The notes under the pieces were generated by a model. The model was not told where the DNA came from and ran no database searches. It saw nothing but the letters and a program-made list of their open reading frames with translations. Below, piece after piece: positions 53,468-64,000 of a DNA stretch of 64,000 nt (the stretch's first letter is position 1; each line of letters opens with the position of its first letter). The stretch is taken from positions 17,568,210 to 17,632,209 of the forward strand of contig NC_134030.1 in the NCBI RefSeq assembly GCF_964204645.1, read 5' to 3'. The position numbers and the translations under genes were made by a program. Source of the DNA: Tubulanus polymorphus (Eukaryota > Animalia > Nemertea).

Positions 53468-54436
53468 TTTTCTCATTAGATGATTATAATTTATTTATGC
53501 ATTATAAAGATTTATGGTTAACTAAAGAAAATAGAAATAATATGATATTTCAGGGTATTCAATCGGAAAGCCATAATAAAATAAGATCAGGAGCTAATGA
53601 CGCAATAGTCACTCGTGCCACAGATAAATTGATTAAAAAGATTTATGGAAGCAAATATAAAATTCCATTAGACTTTGAATTGATAAATAATAATGCACCT
53701 TTATATAAATACGCAATTCAAGAAGATATTATATTTGAGATAACATTTGCTCCTGTAAATGAAATTGTATTATCTAGCGTTGTTAAAGATATGGGTTATA
53801 AATTATCAAATATATGTTTAGAATATGACACAGTAACTAATGAAAATATTGCTAGCACAATTCAAACTCAATACAATCAAGGATTTTCATTATTTTATGA
53901 TTATATTGATAAATTTAAAACTGTAACTATTAATGCAAATTATTCTCAAATGAATTAATGAGAATACTAACTTCCCAAGAAGATCTATTAAAGGTATATT
54001 AATATTTTTTACCATTGCAACAAATTCTAATGGCGCAATAAAGGTTGATAATTATTATAATCCTGAAATAACAAAAGTAGAAATAACTATCGAAGGAATA
54101 GCAAATAAAATATTTTGTCAAGGAATGAGAATGATAGATCAGTGGCCAGAAATTAGAAAACATTTTATGAATGAAAAAGTAAAATCATTTGAAAATTGTA
54201 ATATTAATCAAATTGATTATTATACCGGCAATAAATATGCATTATGGTTAGATTTTAGAACAACAGAGGATAATTCATTACATGGTTCTGGGAAAAAACT
54301 ACAAAATACTAAAGATGGAATACAATTATTCATGACAAAGAATAAAGGAATCAAAAATTTCAAAATGCACATTTATATTATATCTGACGCACAATTAAAT
54401 ATTGTAAATTCACAATTAGATAGTATTCAATATTAG
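53468..54436 (+). pseudogene. Probable major capsid protein, N-terminus deleted
   Basis: YKDLWL..IPLDFE..LSNICLEYD..PRRSIKGIL..YNPEITKVEITIEG..KYALWLDFR..LHGSG..DAQLNI: beta-rich, recalled as Polinton MCP-type, and placed next to integrase and ATPase. Confidence 0.65.
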
Positions 54437-54466
54437 AAATATAAAGTTAAAATTAAGGATATATAA

Positions 54467-55595
54467 ATGGGTGGTAAAAAAACTCCTAATACTAAAGAAC
54501 AATATTTAAGAAATTTATATTACAACCCTGAGTGTTCGGTTGCTTATTCTTCTACTAAAAACATATGGCGTCAAGTAAAACAAGATAAATTAGATAAGAT
54601 AATCCCACAAAATTTAGTTAAATATAAAGATATAAATGAATTTATGTTAGAACAACCAACATACACAACACATAAAAAAAATTGTTAGAAAATATAAAAC
54701 TCGTAAAACTATGGTAAGTCATGTAGATCAACAGTGGCAAGGAGATTTAATTGATATGAAAAATGTTAAGAAAGATAATGATGATTATTGGTGGTTATTG
54801 AATATAATTGATATTTTTAGTTGTTATGTATGGAGCTTCCCACTTTATAGAAAAGATGCTGTACAAACATCAAATTTTTTAAGAAAATTTCTTTCGGATG
54901 ATAAACTAAAACCAGAAAAAATACAATTTGATGATGGAAAAGAGTTTGATAATTCACTTGTTCATGAACTCTTAGATAATCATAATATTAAATATTTTTC
55001 AACAAAATCGGATAAAAAAGCAGCAGTTGTTGAACGATTTAATAGAACATTAAGAACAAGAATGTGGAAATATTTTACAGCAAATAATACTTTTTAATGG
55101 ATTGATGTTTTACCAAAATTGATAGAAGGATATAATAATTCTTATCATTCTTCTATTGGAATGAAACCTATTGATGCTAGAAAACCTGAAAATGCTGAAA
55201 TTGTTTGGAATAATTTATATGGAGCATTTCTTGTAGATGATTTTGGTGAACCTAAATTTAAAGTTGGTCAAAATGTTAGAATTTCTAAGTATAAAAAGAT
55301 ATTTGACAAAGGATACGATCGAAATTTTACTAGGGAAATATATAAAATAAAAAAGGTAATAACAACAAAACCATATGTCTATAAATTAGAAGATTTAGAT
55401 GGTGAAGAAGTTGATGGCTACTTTTACGAAGAAGAATTAAGTTTAACTACTGAAAATCTAGAACAAGAATATAAAATTGAAAAAGTATTAAAAACAAAAA
55501 CTATTAAAAGAAAAAAATATTCTTTAGTAAAATGGGTTGGATGGCCAGATAAATTCAATGAATGGATATTATCAAGTAAAATTAAAAATACATAA
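54467..55595 (+). pseudogene. Retroviral-type (rve) integrase with C-terminal chromodomain; frameshift at ~54685, stop at 55095
   Basis: QWQGDLIDM, IIDIFS, IQFDDGKEF, AAVVERFNRTL; EYKIEKVLK..SLVKWVGWPDKFNEWI. Confidence 0.92.
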
Positions 55596-56021
55596 ATGAA
55601 TAAGGAATTATTCATATTTGAGCCTCATAATATGTTAATTTCTGGTGTAACAAATTGTGGAAAAACTTATTTTATATTAAATTTATTAGAAACTGTTTAT
55701 AAAAACTGTTTTGATAATATAGTATTATTTTGTCCAACATATGAATTTAATCAAACTTATGATAGAAATATTACTAGAAATAATAAATTTATTATATTAG
55801 ATCCTAAAACAGTAAAAGAAAATTTAGATAATTGTATTAAAATAGCAATTGATATTTATAAAGGATCAAATACATTATTCATTATAGATGATTGTGCTAA
55901 TCTACATGATTCAAAAGTTAGAGAAAGTGAGTTATGTTATTTAGCTTTTTCTGGTAGACATTTTGGGATAACAACATGGGTTTTAAATCAAAAATATAAT
56001 TCAATTGTTAAAGACTTATGA
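55596..56021 (+). pseudogene. A32/FtsK-like packaging ATPase, C-terminally truncated
   Basis: ISGVTNCGKT, FIIDD, SGRHFGIT..LNQKY. Confidence 0.88.
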
Positions 56022-56030
56022 ATTTATTTA

Positions 56031-56305
56031 AATTCAACTAGCTTGTTAATCTAGTTGAATTCTAGTTACATTCTAGTTGAATTCTAGTTATTGGTAGTTG
56101 GAACAAAATCGACTAGATTTAACAATATTTTAACTAGCTTGTTAATCTAGTTTAATTCTAGTTACATTCTAGTTGAATTCTAGTTGTTAGTAGTTGAAAC
56201 AAAAATCAACTAGATTTAACAAGAAATAAACAAAAACAACAATATTTCAACTAGCTTGTTAATCTAGTTGAATTCTAGTTACATTCTAGTTGAATTCTAG
56301 TTGCA
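56031..56305. repeat. Three ~100-115-bp CTAG-rich repeat units replacing the ATPase 3' end
   Basis: caactagcttgttaatctagttgaattctagttacattctagttgaattctagtt occurs three times with minor variation. Confidence 0.85.
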
Positions 56306-56334
56306 ACAACACAACTAATTTATTTGTTATACAA

Positions 56335-57230
56335 ATGGTAGGTGAAAAGAAAATAAAATCTAAAAATGGTGATGTTCCAATTGAAAAAACTTTAGATGAT
56401 TTAGGAATAAAAGAAAACAAATTAATTCCAGATGATGGTGCTTTAAATAATGTTACAACAAATAATAATTATGAATATTATCTTTATTGTAAACATCAAT
56501 TAGAAATAATAATAGCATCTGGAAAATGTAAAAATTTTGTCGGTAAAAATTTAACTTATAATGAATTAGATACAATGAAATCAGATGAAATTATTAGATT
56601 ATTTAAGATTTATGAAGCCGCGAGAACAGCTAGAATTAATGACGCGATATCAGAAAATGTAGTAAAAGGTTATAGCAAATTATGTAATTATATATTACCA
56701 ATTGAAGATGAAAATAGATTATATGCTGATTTAAAAAATGATTATTTAGTTATGACTGAATTAAATAAATGGATTGGATATTTATCATTTCAATTAGGTG
56801 GATTTATGACATTATTATCAACTGGGGTTATAACATTTTCAAATATTGAAAGTAAAAATATTTCTATAATAAGTGAGCGAGGTGGAAGAAGTGAAGAAAA
56901 AACCGAGATCACAGAAACAAATTGAATGGTCTCGGCAATTAGGAATTAAATGACAAGAATATAAAAAAGCTTTAAAAGAAAAAATAAGTAATAAAAATGT
57001 TAATAAAAATAGTGAAAATATTGTTATTTCTAATCCTTCTAATGATAGAATATTTGATAAATGTCTATATTTTACAGTTGGATTTGTAATTGTATTCATT
57101 TTGATTGGGTGTAATTGGTATAAGAAGTCAAATAAAATTCATGATATTAATAATTCTGATACAACTGCTATCAAAAATGAAAATACTTCTGAAATTCCAA
57201 AATTGACAATAAAAAAATGGATTAATATTT
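56335..57230 (+). CDS. Two Polinton ORFs of unknown function (56335-56925; 56926-~57230, broken)
   Basis: ORF track; both contain hydrophobic segments. Confidence 0.5.
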
Positions 57231-57384
57231 TAGAAAAAAAGCAAAAAAATAATTTTTTTAATTAATTGAATATTAATTGAATAGCTCACTACTTTTTTCT
57301 ATCTATGCGGAGCAATTAAATTTTCCAGATAAGTCATTTCGGATTCTAGATATTCATTATTTTAATTAATTTATTTTTTTAAAT

Positions 57385-57710
57385 TTAATCAACAATTTCT
57401 AAATCATGATGTCCATCTTCATTTTTTCCATGATAGATTATTTTAAATCCTTCTAAATCTTTTAATTCCTCTGTACTCAATGAAACCCATTTATCAGGTA
57501 AAAATACTTTAAATTCTCTCGATGTACTAACATTACAGTAGCTTAAATTAGCTGATACTTTCTCTCCATATTTAGTTTTTATCTTTTCTAATTTCAATAT
57601 TTTATGTTCAATTTCTTTTGTAACATCAACTAACTTTTTTATTTCAAATTGTTTTTTGCTGGTTTTATTCTGTTATTTATTGTTGCTAAGAATGCTTTTC
57701 TATCTCCCAT
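57385..57710 (-). pseudogene. Small Polinton ORF, possibly OB-fold/ssDNA-binding; one internal stop
   Basis: ATG at 57710 follows the TIR-like promoter motif; KIKTKYGEKV..FKVFLP. Function is a guess. Confidence 0.35.
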
Positions 57711-58499
57711 TTATAAGGAAAACAAATTACTTGTGGTGATGAGTGGGGATTACTTCCCCCTGTATATAACAAACACGCTATTAACCGTTCTCACCCAAGC
57801 CTCACAGCATCTATTTATCTGGGCACAGTTGACACGCAATCACTGTACTACAGTAATAGCCCACGCGTTAATAACCGTTCTCAGTAGAGACTCACTGTAT
57901 CGATCTATCCACGCGCAGCTGTTGTTACCCGCACTCACTGTATATGTGTATCACAGAGCAATCGTCCGTTCTCACTAGAGCCTAGCTGTGATGAGTGGTG
58001 TCTCATACTCAATTGAATTATTACTTGTGGTGATGAGTGGTGTCTCGCCCTCTCGCCCTCTGATCTGAAAGCCCACTTTGCCAATTACTTCGATGGATAC
58101 CAAACTTTAAATGATACTGAAAATAATGCCGCTGTTTATAAACTTTTCAAGTCACAGCTATTTTCACTAACGTTCCCATTATATGTAGCAATCCTCCACG
58201 TAATATCAATTATGTCTGATATTGTGCAACTCGATACTAACGACTATAGCCGCGATCACGGGGAGACGATTTGACCCGGGCGGCCAAATTGGCACGGATC
58301 AGCTCCGAGTCAAATTTGGCCCGTGCTTAATTTTAGAGAGCGCATTCGCACGCAAACCATTCACTCGATACTAAACAATGCTTAAACAAAGCGAAGTGGA
58401 TCATTTCCGGTACCAGTTGCAATTCACATGCTTAAATTTTGACCCGGACCTGGTCCGACGTTTTTGGTCGAGCCAAATTGGGCGTACTGATCCGCAGCA

Positions 58500-59230
58500 A
58501 GATTTCGTAGTGGCTAGAAAATGTTTGTAATGTGGATTTCCTGTATGCGTTGGTGGTCATTAATGGGTGTCAGACAACAAACGATGGTAGTAAGCAAGTT
58601 GTTGTTTGATGCTTTAATCTATCAGCGCTGACCATAAATCAGCCTGAGGTAAAAATAATTCTTTCTCGGTTCTTCTGCTGCGATATCTGGCAAACATTCA
58701 GAAATCTTTTTATAAACTTAAGAATAGACGGAACCGTATTTGGTCGGAACAATGGGTTGCATTAATAATGTGGCTGGTGGAAGGATCGCGCTGTTACTTC
58801 ATGAAATAAAAGTATGTGGAGACATTGTTGTTTTGCTTTAACCCGTATTGTAATAAAATTTATTTAGATAATGAAGTTCCGAATGAAAAGTATTTTAAAT
58901 CATTCAAAAAGAAACAATGAGTGGTACCGTAATTTGAGACGAATGCTTAAGTTTTGAAAATATATTTAATTTGAGAATGTTAATAAAAAACAAAAGGTTT
59001 ATAATCGCTCTAACGTTTTATGAAAATAAATTTGTGTTAAATGTTAATATTAGCTCTCTAAAAGTTTCTCTTGTTGTATACGTCTGTTGGTAACTCTCAG
59101 AGAATAGCTGTTCTCTCAACAATGATAAGCAAGGAGTGAGTAAATCATTCCGCGTCATGACAGGAGGGTTGGAAGGAAAAAGTTAGTTAGCAAATCAGTT
59201 TTGAAAACAATTTTAGATCAGCAAATCATT
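58500..59230. repeat. Dispersed non-coding repeat, copy 2
   Basis: Colinear similarity to 10200-10915. Confidence 0.8.
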
Positions 59231-59734
59231 AATCGCAAATGTAAAATACTCCAGATAATCCGAATAATCAACGATGTGTGGATGGTTAGGTTTTTTCTAG
59301 GGGACCTCCCTCCCCTTCAATTCGCTGTTTATAGACCTTATGAGAAAAAAAAACTCTAATTCACCGAGTTGAAACATGATAGTATCTGATTGCGGTAACT
59401 TTCACCCGGCGGTCTTATTTTACTGTTAACAGTATTTACTGCTATTGATGAACTGTTTATATGTTTTTATATTTACCCTGGACTGATAAACAAACTGTCA
59501 CCAGATCTGATAAGAGACCATAATTCAAAATACCGATTATATAACCAGACCCTGACTGTTTTAGTCAAAGATTTAAAACAATCGGGTTGGTGGGTCCATT
59601 TTGGTCCTCAGAATTTTGAAAGACAATAATATTGCTGTCGCCTCAAAACTTTACACCGGTTTTATATGCGAGATCACATTTGGACTCGAGTCACATCATT
59701 CTGTACTGAACTGAACTCTGATCTCAATAATTAC

Positions 59735-60121
59735 CGAGATTCTCAGCAGGTCTATCGACGGTTTGCTCCTCGTCATCGCGAACATTTTCTGCATTTATTC
59801 CTGGAAAACTCTCCGCCATAGTACCGTTTACTGAAAAACAGGATTAAAAATTCAGTCATTTCAATCTCAACAAGTGCAGACTTTTTCCTGACCTAAGTGT
59901 TTTGTCCAGTATTTACACAATCAGCCCCGACTCACATTCAGACGTCACAAGTTGAAAGTGACAAAATCGAGGAAACGAACAGCAACAGCTATCGACGGTT
60001 TGCTCCTCGTCATCGCTTGATTCATGTATCGTCAATGTACTATTGACGCCTAATTGAATATTTTCTGCATTTTCTGCATTTATTCCTGGATTACGATTAC
60101 TCTCCGCCATAGTACCGTTTA
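59735..60121 (-). CDS. Two paralogous NLR 5' exons: 60121-59936 (RHIM-like, 186 nt) and 59830-59735 (RHIM core deleted, 96 nt)
   Basis: Both have a tgtttttcag acceptor and ggtactATGGC, as in the 40406-40269 exon. They read MAESNRNPGINAENAENIQLGVNSTLTI and MAESFPGINAENVRDDEEQTVDRPAENL; both are symmetric phase 1. Confidence 0.7.
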
Positions 60122-60218
60122 CTGAAAAACAGGATTTAGAATTCAGTTATTTTATCACAAGTGCAACACATTTTTCTGACCTAATTGTTTTGTCCAGTTT
60201 TTACACAATTAGCCTCTA

Positions 60219-63200
60219 TGTAGCGTTTCGTAGTTAGTATACATTAAAACTCTGGCATGTCTCTGCATCTACATGGTACCTGAAAAATACTCACCGGACG
60301 AGCGTGTGTACTCGCTCGTACCAGGTTTAATCATCGTGGTAGCGTGATCCTCTTTTGTATCCTCAGAGTATATATGTGTAAACGTGTACGTATGTAATAA
60401 TGTATGTAAAATGGCGTCGCTACTAAGGGTTCGCCTGCGTCGCGTAAACAACGGGAAAGATGTTTATGAAGGGGTATACGACCACCACAGGAAGATATGT
60501 TTGTGTGTAGAATAACAAATGGCTCTCAGGCTTAACTCGACCTAGCACACGAGTAAGCATTTCCCGCAACCCCGGGTGTAGATTGCTGATAGATCCAGGA
60601 ACGCAACGACTGGGCCGACTCGAAAACTACCCTCCGGGATCTAAGGATCGGACCCCAACCCTATATTAGAACCTATAGATAGCGATGCGCACCCTTATGT
60701 CCACCAAATAACTCACTATCTCGTGGTTATACATGGACCCGAGTCGACCGTTAAACACACCACGTCACCCACCCCCGACGTGGACTTTCCTCGCTTGAGC
60801 CTAAATTGGATAGCGGAATAAACGGACACCGCCCGTCACCCGAACGGGATTGCACTACGTTCCGCTGGACTCTATCCGTTCCGAGAGCGAGCCTCTACGC
60901 AGACCATGAACGCTCAGACCAAATCCACGGTTTTGCTACGGCCGACATACTCATACGGAATCGTTAATATAATTTCACGTACTGCGACAGCAGCTTTTAT
61001 TTAATCACAAGAAATCAACATACGTCATGCTCAAAGACAAGATAGGTTCATACTCTGCAAATGCTTACATACTTACAAAAAGGGAAAAGACTATGCGATT
61101 GACACTTGCTATTAAACTTTAACCTCACACAACGAACACATATAGACCGCGGACATTACATAACCTTAAGGGTTGCCTATATGAATTTCATTTAAACTTA
61201 AGTACGCGCACATACAAACCGGCCTTAGAGGCCTATAATAAAAAGACAACGAAGACGATAATAGCTTATAATGATATCAAAAGCAATGAATTAGACCCGT
61301 GTTAAATACTTAAGTATGAACGGGGAGAGAAGATAAGACTTAATACATAACGATACGAATCAATCCGTCTCTAATACATAAGTATTGACGGACTTTAGTT
61401 CAAAGATCCTATAGCCGAAATAGAAACACGACCGAAACCCGTCTGTAATACATAAGTATGGGCGGGAGCTATAATGCTTAAAGCTTAAAGCCGCGGACAC
61501 ACTGGGCGATTTCGTCGGCCGACGAAATCGGCGAACAGCGCCGCTTACTTTGAAACGACCAGCTGCTAGCGCCACCTTTAATAAATCAAAGAGCCGTGAT
61601 TGGCTGGTTAATACGGCGCTCGAGGCGACTGATCGCCGTACCCGGACCAGGGATGAGAACGCCGACCTGTAAAATCCGCGGGTTATTTTTCTTGAGTGAC
61701 ATACGCGAACCAGCTGACGGCTGCCGAGCGAGCGCCGAAGGCGCGAAGCTATTTCGGGGCGGTTTGGGGGCCCTCCCCCAAGAAAATTTTAGAAATTAAA
61801 TACGTTTTCCGAGCACTTAGAGCGATCTCGAACCCATGAACGACTATTATATTTTGGAAGGTAATGGCTAGTTCCAATGTGGTACATCCTCATTTGATGA
61901 CATTCAGCATCTCATGCATTACGGGTCGAGCCCTGAATTATTGCAGTAAAAATGCGCCGATGAATGCTCACTAAAAATCATCACCAAGTAGTGTATAATA
62001 TCCGAAAGCGTTCGCCACACACACGCAGCAACAGTAAGTAGACCTATATACGTTACTACTGTTGCTGTGCGTGCGTGTCTGCAACCGATCGATAAAATAC
62101 ATACAAACTCATCGTAGTACAAATGTACATACAAAATCACTGTGTTGCAATGAATATGCATTGAAATGCGATACTTTTACGTGACGATAAGTAAAACAGG
62201 CACTGAACGCTTTTACGGTTCACCTGATTACCGATCGCGCCGGGCCAATTGAGTGAGATCATCACCCCCGCGCCGGACCAATTAAGTGAGATCATCACCC
62301 CCCCCCCCCCTACTTTTACATCATTTTTGGACTATTTGGAAAATTGATATTTTTCAATACTGAAATCCGCGGGAAACCGCGGGGAATTCTCATCTCTGCC
62401 GGACACACTGGGCGATTCTGCCAACATATTGGATTCGGGCGATTTCGTCGGCCGACTAAATCGCCCAAGGCGATTGCCCGGACACACTGGGCGATTTTAC
62501 CGGCGATTTCGTCGGGCGACGAAATCGGGCGACCAAATCGCCCAGTGTGTCCGGGCCTTAAGGCTAACGGCCATATATATATACACAATAAACAGTAATT
62601 GAATTCGCCGTAATACATAAGTATTAGCGAATAATAACGCGTAGGCCAACAACGTATTTACAGTAGGAGGGATTCTGTGGGCTTAAGGCCCTTGATTTTC
62701 AACTCGGAAAGAAGAACAGAGACGAACGGGTGCAAGACCCGAAACGCCGCCAGGCGGCGCTGTCCCCGGACCGACTTACATCGTTAAAGGATGATCTCCA
62801 AGTAACTGACTATACTAAAAAGTCGCGCGTCTTATATTCACGCATTGCCGACTCCGATGTGTTGAATCACTCCGCGTCGCTTCGCTGGTCGCTCAACAAT
62901 GGCCGTCGCGGTAGATGTGCTTCTTCGCATTCTTTCGAGTCGCTCTGCTGCTGGACTACGTCGTCTACATGCAGATGCCATATATCATTAAAAAGCTTAG
63001 AACTTTCACTTTCTAATGGTGTGAAATGTGTGGAGGATCGTCCATTCGTAAAGATTAATAAGGTCTCGAAAGGCGGTCGTCATGCGTGACCGCGTTCAGG
63101 ACCGTCGATTCAATCGTCGAATTCTCGGCATTTTTAGGATATGAAGGTGACGAAATCATCTTCTGGATTTGTAATATTGAGGACTATATAAGGGCGTTAA

Positions 63201-63632
63201 CTTCGTGACTAGAAATTAAGGTGATAGCTTATAATGATAGCCGCAAGACGTCGGTGTAGAAACTTAAACTCTCCAGTTAGTCGAGCGGGCCATGTGCTCG
63301 TACCGGAAGAAAACAAACCGGCGAAATCGTCTCAACTAATAAACTACGGCTCGTGTCGCCTAAAAATGATGAAATTCGTAGATGCTTTCACCGAGTCAAG
63401 ACTTTATAATCCTCTTTCAAACGGTATCACACGTGATAGCTTTCGATAATTATTTCGTGTGTAAAAGGCGAGATAAATGCAGCGGCGGTACTATTTAACA
63501 CCGGGAACAATTTCGGGATTAAGGAGTCGCGGGTTATCGTCGGCGCCGGAGTAAGGGGAAGGTATCTTCTGCAAGGTCGCTAATAAACAAGGGGAAGGAG
63601 GAATCTGTCTTGAGAAATGAAATTTTGTTACA
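60219..63632. mobile_element. Non-coding LTR-like insertion (solo LTR with nested inserts?)
   Basis: TGTA...TACA termini; 4-bp TSD TCTA (60215-18, 63633-36). Removing it restores agcctctactcacattcag, matching 40499-40517. Confidence 0.8.
61485..62561. mobile_element. Nested non-autonomous DNA transposon
   Basis: ttaaagccgcggacacactgggcgattt ... aaatcgcccagtgtgtccgggccttaa, with internal copies of the terminal motif. Confidence 0.7.
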
Positions 63633-63696
63633 TCTACTCACATTCAGACGTCACAAATTGAAAGTGACGAAATCGAGGAAACGAACAGCAACAATT

Positions 63697-63965
63697 AGCA
63701 GACAGTTCACTAGCTATCAGACAGTTCACTAGCTTTCAGACAGTTCACTAGCTGTCACACAGTTCACTAGCTATCAGACAGTTCATTAGCTGTCAGACAA
63801 TTCACTAGCTGTCAGACAGTTCACTAGCTATCAGACAGTTCACTAGCTGTCAGACAGTTCACTAGCTATCAGACAGTTCACTAGCTATCAGACAGTTCAC
63901 TAGCTGTCAGACAGTTCACTAGCTGTCAGACAGTTCCCCTAGCTGTCAGACAGTTCACTAGCTTT
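63697..63965. repeat. 19-bp minisatellite
   Basis: Unit gacagttcactagct(a/g)tca, ~14 copies. Confidence 0.95.
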
Positions 63966-64000
63966 CAGGCTATCATTAGATATTTTAGTCGGCGGTTTAA

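Larger units (their letters stand above)
42052..58089. mobile_element. Polinton/Maverick (adintovirus-like endogenous virus), both ends intact, genes decayed
   Basis: ~69-bp TIRs 42052-42120 and 58021-58089 (5'-AGT...ACT-3'); 6-bp TSD TCGATG at 42046-42051 and 58090-58095; pPolB, integrase, packaging ATPase and capsid-like genes; sharp AT-rich island. Confidence 0.96.

Noticed and set aside
42052-58089. Polinton as contaminating free virus or chimeric assembly
   Set aside because: The matching 6-bp TSD and accumulated stops indicate a genuine old integration.

Overview
Repeat-rich, AT-rich animal nuclear DNA with spliceosomal introns, a metazoan-type 18S rRNA scrap and TTAGGG-containing repeats; probably an invertebrate, species not determinable. 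From left to right it holds two Penelope-like fragments, a decayed Gypsy element (5.3-10.1 kb), and orphan 3' fragments of a monoamine-oxidase-like gene and a ZMYND8-like gene with a stop codon and a long CAG tract. Next come several satellites and an unannotated gene built from at least 16 symmetric phase-1 micro-exons (21.1-24.6 kb). These are followed by a nearly intact LINE (29.5-34.6 kb) and a minus-strand NACHT-LRR receptor whose N-terminus is a RHIM amyloid motif on a separate exon (34.9-40.4 kb), with paralogous RHIM-type exons at 59.7-60.1 kb. A 16-kb Polinton/Maverick (42052-58089; TIRs, 6-bp TSD) lies between them. Its protein-primed PolB carries a full-length LAGLIDADG intein at the motif-C 'D/TDS' site that resembles the Mimivirus PolB intein. 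The strongest leads are this intein in an animal-integrated element, the RHIM-NLR with spare RHIM exons, and the micro-exon gene. All homology calls come from motif recognition by eye; no searches were run.
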